From Nannocystis bainbridge (GTDB lineage Bacteria > Myxococcota_A > Polyangia > Nannocystales > Nannocystaceae), in the NCBI RefSeq assembly GCF_028368995.1, contig NZ_JAQNDL010000003.1, positions 960,001 to 1,024,000 on the forward strand: 64,000 nt of DNA. The letters are read 5' to 3'. The translations under genes and the position numbers were made by a program. Of the stretch, positions 1 through 11,187 are shown one piece after another. Each line of letters opens with the position of its first letter. The stretch's first letter is position 1. The notes beneath the pieces are model-generated. The model was not told the DNA's origin, did no database searches, and was given only the letters and a program-made list of their open reading frames with translations.

Positions 1-687
1 CAGCTCGGCCTCTTCATCGTCTGCGACGGCGTCGGCGGCCGGGCCCGCGGCGAGATCGCCAGCCAGGAGACGGTCGAGTTCATCGTCGATTTCGTCAAGG
101 GCGACGCGACCGACATCGAGATCGCCCGCCACGGCGGCGAGCTCGATCAAGCGGCCCGCCAGCGCCTCTCCGCGCTGCTCCGCGGGGCCATCCAGAGCGC
201 CTGCTACATGGTCCACACCATGGGCGAGATGGACCCTGACCGCCGGGGCATGTCGACCACCGCCTCGGTGGTGCTGGTGGCCGGCCAGGTCGCCACGGTG
301 GCGTGGGTCGGCGACTCGCGGGTCTACCTGTGGCACGCCGGCGAGCAGGTCCAGCTGACCGACGACCACACCCTGGTGAACGCGCACATCCGTCAAGGCA
401 CGATGACGCCGGAGGCGGCCAAGGTGTCGCACCTGAAGCACGTGATCACCCGCGCCGTCGGCCACCGCGAGTTCGTCGAGGTCGACGTCCGCCAGCTCGA
501 CCTGGCCCCCGGCGACAAGCTGCTGCTGTGCAGCGACGGCCTCCACGAGTACCTCGACGAGCCCGACCTGCTGGCCCGCCTGTTCCAGACCGACCTGGCC
601 ACCGCCGCCCGCGACGCCGTCCGCCACGCCAACATCAACGGCGGCCGCGACAACATCACCGCGCTGTTCGTCGAGTACACCGGCTGA
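1..687 (+). CDS. PP2C-family Ser/Thr protein phosphatase (5'-truncated by window edge)
   Basis: Frame open from base 1 (QLGLFIVCDGVGG); motifs WVGDSRVY, LLCSDGL, GGRDNIT. Confidence 0.92.
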   Translation, partial: QLGLFIVCDGVGGRARGEIASQETVEFIVDFVKGDATDIEIARHGGELDQAARQRLSALLRGAIQSACYMVHTMGEMDPDRRGMSTTASVVLVAGQVATVAWVGDSRVYLWHAGEQVQLTDDHTLVNAHIRQGTMTPEAAKVSHLKHVITRAVGHREFVEVDVRQLDLAPGDKLLLCSDGLHEYLDEPDLLARLFQTDLATAARDAVRHANINGGRDNITALFVEYTG

Positions 688-690
688 CTC

Positions 691-775
691 TTCGGACATG
701 TTCTCCAAAGCATGTCCCGATGGGCATGCCCTCCAGGACATGCCTCATCGAGCATGTCCTATCAGCCACGCGCGA
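691..775. repeat. Tandem array of degenerate 14-bp palindrome TGTCC-N4-GGACA
   Basis: CATG cores at 697, 711, 725, 739, 753 and CACG at 767; between convergent genes. Confidence 0.85.
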
Positions 776-854
776 TCTGCCGTATCACCTGCCTCATGGG
801 GCAGCTCGTGAGCTGGACCGGTCCTGGCGAGCTGTCTCCGGCTCCTCTGCCAGC

Positions 855-2297
855 TCACTGCGTCGAGCGCACGCAGCGGGCCGCCAGCGACGTCTCCCCG
901 CCGACCATCAGCTCGCGCCACGGCGCGTCCGGGGCTGGCGGCGTCGTGTCGTCGATCTGGACCGCCGCGCCGTCCTCCGCCCAGAACGGACCCGGACCGC
1001 GGAACACCGTCGTCAGTTGCTGGATCTCCGCCAGCAGCGGCAGGCGGAAGCCTGTCAGCGCCTCGTTGCCGTACGGCACCCGCAGGGCAGCGCAGAAGCG
1101 GCGCGCCTCTTCTTGATTGACCGCCTCGACCACCCCGCCGAACAGCTCGAGCGCGCCCTCCGAGCGGACGATAGGGATCGGCGCCACCGCGGCTGGCACT
1201 TGCAGCGGCTTGTCTTCGGCGCGCAGGTCGGCGGCGCAGCGGAAGCCGAGGCGTGGGTCGACGGCGACGATGTCCCAGCCCTCGAGCTCGGCGCCCGGGA
1301 ACCGCGGCGGGCGGGTCTCGCGGGCCGCACGGCGCTGGCCGACGTTGCCGTACTTGTACACGTGGCGGACCGGCTCGCCCGCGGGCGGCTTGCAGGCAGG
1401 GTCTTCGCCGCAGAACGCCGCCTGCTCGAACACCTGCCGCGCCACCGCCAGCGGTCCGTCGCCCGCCCGAAACTGTCCCTCGACGAACGGGCGCAGCGCC
1501 GCGTCGGCGTCGTACGTGTCGGCCACCCACTCGAGCGCGTCGCTGCCCATCCCGCGCACCCCGAAGTACGAGCTGTCCGCCCGGACATGTCCCGCTGCGT
1601 ACAGCCCTTGCGGGATCTCGTCCTTGATCTGGTTGCCCCACGGGTACACCCGCGCGTCGGGCCCGCGGGCCGCGTACTCCCACTCGGCCTCGCTGGGCAG
1701 GCGCCCGCCCGCGTGGCCGCAGTAGGCCGCAGCCTGCTGGTGGCTCACGCACGTCTGCGGCAGCGGCTCGGCGACCTCCGGCTGCAGCTCCGCCGTCGGA
1801 TCTACCTGGCCTTGGGGACAGATCGCCGGCGTGCACGCCCCGGCCGCCACGCAGCCCGCGTAGGCCCCGCGGGTGACCTCGTGCAGATCGATCCAGAAGC
1901 TGCGCAGCGCCTGGTGGCGCGGCGGGTTGCCTGACCAGCGCACCGCCGGCAGCTCGCGCGACGGCGACGAGTTGAAGTGGTCGGGCACGTTGCCGGTCAC
2001 GAACACCCCGCCGGGGATCTGGACCCGCTGGACCGTGCCCGTGTCCCACAGCCCGATCGCCACGCACTCGCCGTGGACATCGCGCCCGCTGCCGCGCCCG
2101 CACTCCGGCAGCTCCTTGGCCTGCTTCTTCTTCTCGGCCTCGGACAGCTCGGTCACCTTCGTCAGCTCCGACAGCGGCCGCGCGTCGCCGACGGCCACCG
2201 GCGCCGGCGGCGGGGCGTCGAGCGCGGCGAAGCGGCGGCTCGTGGCCTCGCAGGCGAGCAGACACAGGGGGACGACCAGGAGCGCGCGGGACATCAT
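855..2297 (-). CDS. Lipoprotein with FGE-sulfatase (SUMF1/EgtB) domain
   Basis: Lipobox-like LLAC; FWIDLHEVT, RLPSEAEWEYAARG, YPWG, LGFRCA motifs. Confidence 0.85.
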   Translation of the reverse strand: MMSRALLVVPLCLLACEATSRRFAALDAPPPAPVAVGDARPLSELTKVTELSEAEKKKQAKELPECGRGSGRDVHGECVAIGLWDTGTVQRVQIPGGVFVTGNVPDHFNSSPSRELPAVRWSGNPPRHQALRSFWIDLHEVTRGAYAGCVAAGACTPAICPQGQVDPTAELQPEVAEPLPQTCVSHQQAAAYCGHAGGRLPSEAEWEYAARGPDARVYPWGNQIKDEIPQGLYAAGHVRADSSYFGVRGMGSDALEWVADTYDADAALRPFVEGQFRAGDGPLAVARQVFEQAAFCGEDPACKPPAGEPVRHVYKYGNVGQRRAARETRPPRFPGAELEGWDIVAVDPRLGFRCAADLRAEDKPLQVPAAVAPIPIVRSEGALELFGGVVEAVNQEEARRFCAALRVPYGNEALTGFRLPLLAEIQQLTTVFRGPGPFWAEDGAAVQIDDTTPPAPDAPWRELMVGGETSLAARCVRSTQ

Positions 2298-3781
2298 GGG
2301 CTGCGGAACTCGAAGCGTTGCAGGTGGGACTGTGCCATGGGCGGGGTCGTCAGCGACAGCACGAACATCGTGATCGCGTTGAGCACCAGCCCGACCGCGC
2401 CGATCTGCAGGTCGAGCGGGTTACACCACGCGTAGAGCCCCGGCGCCAGCAGCTTGGCCAGGAACAGCGCGAACGCCACCCCGAGGCCGACCAGCAGGCC
2501 GGCCTCGGCGGCCACGCGGTTGGCCCGCCGCCAGTACAGCCCGAGGACCACCGGCGGCAGGAACTGCACCGGCACCGCGTACGCCAGCAGCAGCAGGTCG
2601 ACGATCGACAGCTTGCTGGCGACGACCAGCATCCCCAGCCCGAGCGCGAACAGCACGAGCACGCCCATCCGCATCAGCCGCGTCTGCGTCTGCTCCTTCA
2701 GCGGCAGCCCGAGCCCCGAGACCAGCACGTCGCGGACGAAGATCGACGCTCCGCCGTGCAGCAGCGAGTCGCCGGTCGACATCGAAGCCGCCAGCACCGC
2801 CGTGCAGAACGCCGCGAACACCCACGGCCCGCCGACCTCCGGCCGGCTGACGAGCCACAGCAGCACCCCCTCGTCGCGCGGCGCCCCTGGCAGCAGCAGC
2901 GCCGCGTAGCCGAGGAACAGCAGCGGGATCAGGAACACCAGGAAGCTCGGGTACGTCACCGCCGAGTACTGCACCGCTCGCGCGCTGCGGGCCGTGAAGC
3001 ACTTCATGAACACCTGCGGCCACATCGCGAACCCCAGCGTCGACATCACGATCTCCGCCGTGTACTGGAACGACGAGGTCCCTGGCGCCGGCCCGGGCAG
3101 CGTCAGGTACTCCGGGTGCTCCGCGATCACGCGGTCGAACATCGGCGCCACCCCGCCGAACAGCTGGCCCGGGATCGCCAGCCCGAGCCACCACACCACC
3201 GCCAGCATCGCCACGCCTTGCAGCACATTGGTCCAGCCGACCCCGCGCATGCCGCCGAACATCACGTAGACCGCGACCACCGCGTAGACCACCGCCGCGC
3301 CGAGCAGCGGCGACCAGCCGAGCGCGTGGTGCATCACGATCCCCGCGCCCTTGAACTGGATCGCCAGGTACGGGATGAACGCCAGCAGCGACGCCGCGCC
3401 CATCACCGTCGTCACCCGACGGCTGTCGTAGCGGGCCCCGATCAGCTCCGCCTGCGTCACCAGCCCGAGGCGCGCGCCCATGCGGCGCACGCGGGCCCCG
3501 AAGTAGAACACCGGCACGAACGCCGCGGCCCCGTAGGCCAGCATGTAGAACGCGTCCGAGCCCTTGCTGATGACCCGCTGCGGCGTGCCGAGCAGCGCGT
3601 AGGCGCTGAAGATCATCGCCCCCATCACGAAGTACATCAGCACCGGCCCGAACGAGCGCTCGCCGGTGACGAAGTCGTCGGCGCCGCCCGAGCCGCGGCG
3701 GCCGGCGATCAGGCCGACCGCCAGCGAGACCGCCAGGTAGACGAACACCGCGTACGGCGCGACCGCGCCCATGTCACCCAT
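2294..3781 (-). CDS. Sodium:solute symporter family transporter
   Basis: About 13 hydrophobic segments; GGMRGVGWTNVLQG and AASMST motifs. Confidence 0.88.
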   Translation of the reverse strand: MGDMGAVAPYAVFVYLAVSLAVGLIAGRRGSGGADDFVTGERSFGPVLMYFVMGAMIFSAYALLGTPQRVISKGSDAFYMLAYGAAAFVPVFYFGARVRRMGARLGLVTQAELIGARYDSRRVTTVMGAASLLAFIPYLAIQFKGAGIVMHHALGWSPLLGAAVVYAVVAVYVMFGGMRGVGWTNVLQGVAMLAVVWWLGLAIPGQLFGGVAPMFDRVIAEHPEYLTLPGPAPGTSSFQYTAEIVMSTLGFAMWPQVFMKCFTARSARAVQYSAVTYPSFLVFLIPLLFLGYAALLLPGAPRDEGVLLWLVSRPEVGGPWVFAAFCTAVLAASMSTGDSLLHGGASIFVRDVLVSGLGLPLKEQTQTRLMRMGVLVLFALGLGMLVVASKLSIVDLLLLAYAVPVQFLPPVVLGLYWRRANRVAAEAGLLVGLGVAFALFLAKLLAPGLYAWCNPLDLQIGAVGLVLNAITMFVLSLTTPPMAQSHLQRFEFRSP

Positions 3782-3998
3782 GCTCGTCCTCGGCTTCGAC
3801 GGCGTCGACCGCCCGGCTCAGGTAGAGCCCCACCAGCACCGCCGTGTTGGCGAGGATGATCAGGACCACATACGCCAGCGACCACGGCACCCCGAGCACG
3901 CGCGGCTCGATGTGGTCGCCCAGGAGCGGATAGAGCGGCCACACCAGCATCGCCGTCGAGGCGACGAAGTACAGCGGCGACAGGCGAACCCAGCGCAT
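3774..3998 (-). CDS. Small 2-TM membrane protein (DUF3311-like symporter accessory subunit)
   Basis: Overlaps the symporter start; EPRVLGVPW motif typical of small SSS partner proteins. Confidence 0.65.
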   Translation of the reverse strand: MRWVRLSPLYFVASTAMLVWPLYPLLGDHIEPRVLGVPWSLAYVVLIILANTAVLVGLYLSRAVDAVEAEDEHG

Positions 3999-4079
3999 CG
4001 ACCATCACTGATACGAGAAATTTCGCGCCGTTCCCAGGCCCTTCCGGCCCTGCGCGGCCGGCGGTACACTCGCGGGCGC

Positions 4080-4553
4080 ATGAGTCGCAGCACCCAGCTC
4101 GCCGTCGGCGAAGTCGCCCCTGACTTCAGCTTGCAGGACCAGGAGGGCCGCACCGTCGCCCTCGCCGATTTGATCAAGGAGCGCTGCGTCGTCCTTTACT
4201 TCTATCCCAAGGACGACACCCCTGGCTGCACCGTCGAGGCTTGCAGCTTCCGCGACAGCTACACCGTGTTCGCCGACGCCGGCGCCGAGGTGATCGGCAT
4301 CAGCAGCGACGGCGTGGCCGCCCACAAGGCGTTCGCGGCCAAGCACAACCTGCCGTTCCGGCTCCTGAGCGATCGCGGCGGCGAGGTGCGGGCCAACTTC
4401 GGCGTGAAGAAGACGCTCGGCCTCATCGACGGTCGGGTCACCTTCATCATCGACCGCGGCGGCGTGGTGCGGCACGTGTTCTCGTCGCAGATCCGGCCCA
4501 AGAAACACGTGGCCGAGGCGCTCGAGATCGTGCGAAGTCTCGCATCTTCCTGA
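4080..4553 (+). CDS. bcp: Peroxiredoxin (Bcp/PrxQ)
   Basis: APDFSL, YFYPKDDTPGCTVEACSFRD; ATG at 4080. Confidence 0.92.
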   Translation: MSRSTQLAVGEVAPDFSLQDQEGRTVALADLIKERCVVLYFYPKDDTPGCTVEACSFRDSYTVFADAGAEVIGISSDGVAAHKAFAAKHNLPFRLLSDRGGEVRANFGVKKTLGLIDGRVTFIIDRGGVVRHVFSSQIRPKKHVAEALEIVRSLASS

Positions 4554-4807
4554 GCTCGGTGAGCATGCTCCACTCGGTTGACGCCTTTAGACCCCACCCC
4601 CTGGGGACCTGGAGGCGAACCGCGAAGGTAGGCTCCGAGGGGTGCAGCGGGGGTCTGGAACGATGTCCGGCCAGCCCTCGACAAACTTTCAGTGTGACGC
4701 ATCCCCGTGGGGCGCCGGTGGCACCGTCCCCCAAGACGGACCATGGTTGACCGAACGTCGAGCGCGGCGCCCGCAGCCCAGCGCGGCTCGACGCAGGAGA
4801 CACAGCC

Positions 4808-5206
4808 ATGAGCCTCTTTGCCAACATCGAACATTTGGCGGCCGCCCCGGGCGTCGTCGCCGTCACGATCGACTCACCCAACCACCCGCGAGGATTCCGG
4901 GGCGTCGACACCTGGTCGCCCGTCCTCGACGCCTCGTTGCAGCTGTTCGGCCAGACCGGCGAGGACACCATCCGCCTCGTCATCGGCCAGCACACGGTCA
5001 TCATCCAGAAGGAGCACGGCGACACGGTCGCCGTCGTGTTGCCCACCGGGCACGCGATCGCCAAGTCGCTCCGGCGGATGATCCGCCGCCTCGCCAAGAA
5101 GGAGCGAGGCCCGGTCACGACCGCGCGAGCGCCGCAGGCGCCCGCCGAGACCCCCTCGGGGAGCGGTTCCGAGCCCTCGCCGCTCGATCGACCGGAGGCG
5201 GCCTGA
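4808..5206 (+). CDS. Hypothetical protein, possibly roadblock/LC7-like
   Basis: AGGAG upstream; host-like codon usage; LAAAPGVVAVTI start resembles roadblock proteins (weak). Confidence 0.6.
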   Translation: MSLFANIEHLAAAPGVVAVTIDSPNHPRGFRGVDTWSPVLDASLQLFGQTGEDTIRLVIGQHTVIIQKEHGDTVAVVLPTGHAIAKSLRRMIRRLAKKERGPVTTARAPQAPAETPSGSGSEPSPLDRPEAA

Positions 5207-5476
5207 CCGGGGCCCCCTGGGCCTCCTGGACCCCAATGCGCGGGCCTCTGGCGCGCGCCTCCGCTCGGAGTGCGTGATGGGCGCACCTGGAACGAGTCGC
5301 CTTCCGAGCGGCGATCACGTCTGACGTGTCTCTCTCGACAGGTCGCGTGACCTGTCCTCAAGCACCACCGGACGCTCCCCTGGCCGTCTGGACCCCGAGC
5401 CCATCGGGCCAACTCACCCTCCGACGCGGCGCAGCCCACGACCTCGTGGCCTGCGCCGCGCTGCTATCATCCGCGC

Positions 5477-6676
5477 GTGCGACTCTGCGTGCTCGCCCTC
5501 GCCGTGCTCGTGTGCGCCTGCGGTGCGCACGACGACGCCCCGCCGATCGAGGTCAAGCCGGACCCGAGCTTGACGCTGCCGCCGCTGGCCCGCGACCGCG
5601 ACCCGACCACGCGTCCGCCCGGCACCGACCCGGCCGACGCGATGACGCTGCACTTTATCGACATCGGCCAGGGCGACGCGACCCTGCTCGAGTTCCCGTG
5701 CGGCGCGGCGCTGATCGACACCGGCGGCGAGAAGAACGAGCTGTTCGACGGCGAGGCCGCGCTCTACGCCTACCTCGACGCGTTCTTCGCCCGCCGCGCC
5801 GACCTCAATCGCACCCTCGACCTGCTGCTCGTCACCCACCCCCACATCGACCACAACCGCGGCGCCCTCGGCGTGCTCGAGCGCTACACCGTCAAGAACG
5901 TGGTCGACAACGGCGCCGACGCCCCGCACAGCCACAACGACGGCACCGAGGACCCCGGCGCGACCCAGCAGATGGCCGTGCACGCCTGGCTGCGCGACCA
6001 CGCCGACAAGGGCGTGCAGTACGCCGCCGTCGGCGCCGGCGAAGTGCCCGCGGCCGGCCTCACCAGCGCCGTGCTCGACCCGATCGGCAGCTGCGCCCGC
6101 GCGCCCACCGACCCCAAGCTGACCGCGCTGTGGGGCACCGTCACCCACGACGTCGAGACCTACGGCGACAACCCCAACAACCACAGCGTCGTCGTGCGCG
6201 TCGACTACGGCGAGGCCTCGGCGCTGTTCACCGGCGACCTCGAGCTCATCGGTTTATCGCGCCTGGCCGACCGCTACGAGAAGCACCCGGAGCTGCTCGA
6301 TGTCGACATCTACCAGGTCGGCCACCACGGCAGCAAAAACGCCACCATCCACTACCAGATGGCGCTGATGAGCCCGCGCGTGGCCGTGATCTCGATGGGC
6401 CCGTACGAGCGCAACATCCCGTGGACCGCCCGCAAGTACGGCCACCCGCACATCGTCGCGCTCGAGCACCTCGTGCACCCCGAATACGGCGTCCGCGGCC
6501 GCCGCGCCCCCGTGCAGGCGATGGTCGGCTTCCGCGGCGCGTATCAAGACAAGGTCACCGAGATCTTCCAGCGCCGCACGATCGACCGCGCGATCTACGG
6601 GACCGGCTGGGACGGGACGGTGGTGGTCGCGGCCAACGCCAACGGCTGGCTCGAGGTCAAAACCTCGGGCCGCTGA
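5477..6676 (+). CDS. ComEC/Rec2-type metallo-beta-lactamase-fold hydrolase lipoprotein
   Basis: HFIDIGQGDA, THPHIDH, LFTGD, GHHGS, YGHPH motifs; lipoprotein signal. Confidence 0.85.
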   Translation: MRLCVLALAVLVCACGAHDDAPPIEVKPDPSLTLPPLARDRDPTTRPPGTDPADAMTLHFIDIGQGDATLLEFPCGAALIDTGGEKNELFDGEAALYAYLDAFFARRADLNRTLDLLLVTHPHIDHNRGALGVLERYTVKNVVDNGADAPHSHNDGTEDPGATQQMAVHAWLRDHADKGVQYAAVGAGEVPAAGLTSAVLDPIGSCARAPTDPKLTALWGTVTHDVETYGDNPNNHSVVVRVDYGEASALFTGDLELIGLSRLADRYEKHPELLDVDIYQVGHHGSKNATIHYQMALMSPRVAVISMGPYERNIPWTARKYGHPHIVALEHLVHPEYGVRGRRAPVQAMVGFRGAYQDKVTEIFQRRTIDRAIYGTGWDGTVVVAANANGWLEVKTSGR

Positions 6677-6814
6677 CCGCGCCGGGGTCACGGCCTGGCG
6701 TCCGGATCGCCGCGGCCGACCCGGTCCATGCCCTGGGCCACACGCGGACGGACCGACGCCGGCCCCGCCGAGGCGCCTTGCCGCCCGCCGGCCCGCTCGC
6801 GCATAGTCCCCCGC

Positions 6815-7021
<207 letters not shown>

Positions 7022-7232
7022 TCGCCTGACCTTCGGGACATGTCCGTTCGCGCATGTCCCGAAGGCCACGTCCGCCGAAGCCCACCCGCGGGCGCCGTCC
7101 TCTCCGCCATGAGGGCGCCGCGCTCGCTGCACCTGCGTCGACCATCGCCGGAGCGCCGCGCTCGCGTCGCGCCCGCTCGCACGCAAGGGTTTAGTCGAGT
7201 TCGCCGCGACATGTCCCTGGCGACATGTCCCA
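7022..7232. repeat. 14-bp palindrome arrays
   Basis: Cores at 7025, 7039, 7053, 7067 and 7210, 7224; convergent intergenic region. Confidence 0.75.
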
Positions 7233-7277
7233 TCCGCCAGCAAGCCGCCGCGCCCGCCTCGCGGCTCGGCGCGAGCC

Positions 7278-8774
7278 TCAGCCCGCCGACGCGTCGGCGT
7301 CGTCCGGCGGCTCGAACACCATCGGCGCCTCGTCGCCGTCGATGATGGCCCGCCCGCGGCCGCGGCGCTTGGCGTCGATCAGCGCCGCCTCGGCCTCGGA
7401 GAACAGCACCGACATCTCGTGGTTGTCGCGCGGCCACAACGAGCCGCCGGCGCTGAGCGACACGCCCATCCCCAGGGCCAGCGAGCCGACCCGGCGGGCG
7501 ACCGCCAGCACCTGCTCATGGGTCGTATCGGTCACCAGCACCGCGAACGCGTCGCCGGTGAGGCGAGCGACGATGTCGTGCGAGCGCAGCGTCGAGCGCA
7601 GCAGCACCCCGACCTGCTGCAGCAGCTCGTCGCCGGCCTTGTGCCCGCGGGCCAGGTTGACCCGCTGCAGGTAGTCGACGTCGAACAGCAGCAGCGCGCA
7701 CTGCGAGCCGAGCCGAACCGCCCGCGACTGCTCGTCGGCCATGCGCGTCTCGAACTCGCGACGGTTGAACAGCCCCGTCAGCTCGTCGTGGCGGGCCAGC
7801 GTCTCCACGCTCTCGTGCAGCCGCAGGTTCTCCGAAGCAAGCGCCGCGGTGTCGAGCAGGAAGCCGATGAACTCGCGCGCCTGCGGGTCGATCGGCGCCC
7901 GCCCGTACGGGTCGTCGGCGACCACGATCCCGAGCACCTTGTCGCGCAGGCGGAACGCCGCCACCAGGAATTCGCTCGCCGGCTCGAGGGCCGCCAGCGC
8001 CGGGTTGGTCGACCGCTCGCGCGAGAACAGCAGCGGACCGCTCGCCGCCAATGCTTGCTGGATCTCGTCGCCCGCCGCCGCCGTCACGTCGACCGCGATC
8101 GTGCGCACGAGATTCTCGTAGCGCGGCTCCGTCGTCTCGACCTCGGCGATCCGCTGCTCGAGCCCGAGCTCGCCCGCCGCCCTCGCGCGCGCCGCCTCGG
8201 CCGCGTTGGCCGGCCCGATCGCCGACTCGCCCACCAGCGCTCGCCCGTCCTCGTCGTACACGAACAGCGCCGCCCGGCTGAACCCGAGGGCCAGCCCCGA
8301 GGTCATCCCGATCAGCAGGATCGTGCGCAGCCGGTCGATGCTGCCGGTCTCGAGCATCGCCCGTGTCAGCCGCCGCAGCGCCTCCTGTCGCGGCGACTCG
8401 CGCGCGAAGCGCTCGAGCGCACCCGCTGCCTCGTCGGCGCCGAGCAGGCTCTGCGCGATCCGCCGCGCCAGCGCCGGAATGCCGTCGGCGAGTTCAGCTG
8501 TCCCGAGGACCAGGTCCTTCATGCCATGGATGAACCTGACCTTCGGCTCCGCCGCGCCGATCCGGGCGGCCACGAGCCGCAGCGACGCCCCGCGGTCGGC
8601 GAGCCGCAGCAGCTGCAAGGCCAGCGGCGGCGCGTCCTCGGCCGGGACCTCGACCTCGAGCGCGAGGGGCACGGCCAGCCGATCGAAGAGCGTCCGGAGA
8701 TCGTGCGGCACGTCGACCGCACGCACGGCCGTCGCCAGAGCCTCGGGGATCCCGCTGTACGCTGGGTCGGACAT
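7278..8774 (-). CDS. GAF + degenerate GGDEF domain protein
   Basis: HDELTGLFNRR, FDVDYLQRVNLARGHKAGD; signature reads TGDAF. Confidence 0.8.
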   Translation of the reverse strand: MSDPAYSGIPEALATAVRAVDVPHDLRTLFDRLAVPLALEVEVPAEDAPPLALQLLRLADRGASLRLVAARIGAAEPKVRFIHGMKDLVLGTAELADGIPALARRIAQSLLGADEAAGALERFARESPRQEALRRLTRAMLETGSIDRLRTILLIGMTSGLALGFSRAALFVYDEDGRALVGESAIGPANAAEAARARAAGELGLEQRIAEVETTEPRYENLVRTIAVDVTAAAGDEIQQALAASGPLLFSRERSTNPALAALEPASEFLVAAFRLRDKVLGIVVADDPYGRAPIDPQAREFIGFLLDTAALASENLRLHESVETLARHDELTGLFNRREFETRMADEQSRAVRLGSQCALLLFDVDYLQRVNLARGHKAGDELLQQVGVLLRSTLRSHDIVARLTGDAFAVLVTDTTHEQVLAVARRVGSLALGMGVSLSAGGSLWPRDNHEMSVLFSEAEAALIDAKRRGRGRAIIDGDEAPMVFEPPDDADASAG

Positions 8775-8894
8775 TGGCCCCGCGATGCTGGCAAAAGCCC
8801 CGCAGGCCAGCAACGGGCGCAGACGCGCATCTGCGCGCCCAGGCGGTCCGGGCGAGGTGCGGCGCGAATTTGTCCGCCGACCGTCGCGGGCCGA

Positions 8895-10049
8895 TCACCC
8901 CGCGTGGCGTGCGCGCGCGAACGCCCGCAGGGCCTCGGGCGCCGTCCCCGTGACCACCGCCTCCGCCACCAGCTCGCCGATCGCCGGCGCGAACTTGAAA
9001 CCGTGGCCCGAGAACCCGCCCGCGATCCACACCCGCCTGTCCCCGGGGACATGATCGATCACGAAGTCGGTCGACGGCGTGCAGGTGTACAGGCAGACCG
9101 TCGCGTGCACGAACTCGCCCCGCCCCGCCGGCAGGTACGCGGCCAGGAACGCGTCGAGCGGCGCGAGATCGCCGGCATGGATCGCGCGGTCGACCCGCTC
9201 CGGATCGACCCCCGCCTCGGCCGCGCCGACCTCGGCCGGCGGCACGTGACACGCCAGCTTGAACCCCGTCACGCCCTCGTGCCCGTACGGGAACCCGTAC
9301 ACGAAGCCCGCCGGCCCGAACGAGGCCCACACCGGCATCGCCGCCAGCCGCTCCAGCTCCGCCGCGGCCGGCCGCGTCCACGCCAGCACCCGCCGCAGCA
9401 CCTTCAGCTGGCCCGGCATGAACCCCGGCACCAGCCCCGGCAGGTAAGCACCCGCCGTCACCACCACGTGGTCGGCCGGCAGCAGCGTCCCGTCCTCGAG
9501 CAGCACCCGCGGCCGATCGCCGAGCGCGAGCTCGCGGACCCGCACGCCCGTCCGCCAAGCTGTCCCGAGGGACATAGCCTCTCGTTTTAGCGCTTCGAGA
9601 CATGGCCCGACGCGCAGGTACCCGCCCGACGGGGTGAAGCAGGCCGTCCACCCGTCGGGCACCGCGATCGGGAAGCGCTCGCGGGCCGCGGCCGCGTCCA
9701 TCAGCTCGTGCTCGACCGCCGCCGCGCGACAGGCTGCGATCGCATCCTGATAGTCGGGATCGTGCTCGGGCCCGAACTCGACCATCCCGGTGCGCACCAG
9801 CAGCGCCTCGCCGGCCCGCTCGCCGAGCGCCTGCCACAACGCGTCGGCGCGGCGGACCAGCGGCACGTAGCCGGCGCCCTCGTGGTACGACTCGCGGATG
9901 ATCCGCGTGTAGCCCGAGTGGCTGCCGTGCTCGTGCACGTGCGAGAAGCGCTCGAGCACCGTGACCTCGGCCCCGCGGGCGGCCAGCGCCCACGCGGTCG
10001 CCGAGCCCATCGTCCCGCCGCCGACGACGATGACTTTCGGGCCGCGCAT
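8895..10049 (-). CDS. solA: N-methyl-L-tryptophan / monomeric sarcosine oxidase
   Basis: GGGTMG FAD motif, GSHSGYTRIIR, CLYT, GFSGHGFKFAP. Confidence 0.85.
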   Translation of the reverse strand: MRGPKVIVVGGGTMGSATAWALAARGAEVTVLERFSHVHEHGSHSGYTRIIRESYHEGAGYVPLVRRADALWQALGERAGEALLVRTGMVEFGPEHDPDYQDAIAACRAAAVEHELMDAAAARERFPIAVPDGWTACFTPSGGYLRVGPCLEALKREAMSLGTAWRTGVRVRELALGDRPRVLLEDGTLLPADHVVVTAGAYLPGLVPGFMPGQLKVLRRVLAWTRPAAAELERLAAMPVWASFGPAGFVYGFPYGHEGVTGFKLACHVPPAEVGAAEAGVDPERVDRAIHAGDLAPLDAFLAAYLPAGRGEFVHATVCLYTCTPSTDFVIDHVPGDRRVWIAGGFSGHGFKFAPAIGELVAEAVVTGTAPEALRAFARARHAG

Positions 10050-10053
10050 CGCC

Positions 10054-11175
<1,122 letters not shown>

Positions 11176-11187
11176 AGGCCGCGAAAG

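Noticed and set aside
691-775. GGACATGTCC junctions resemble the eukaryotic p53 half-site
   Set aside because: A coincidental product of joining TGTCC-N4-GGACA units in a clearly bacterial sequence.
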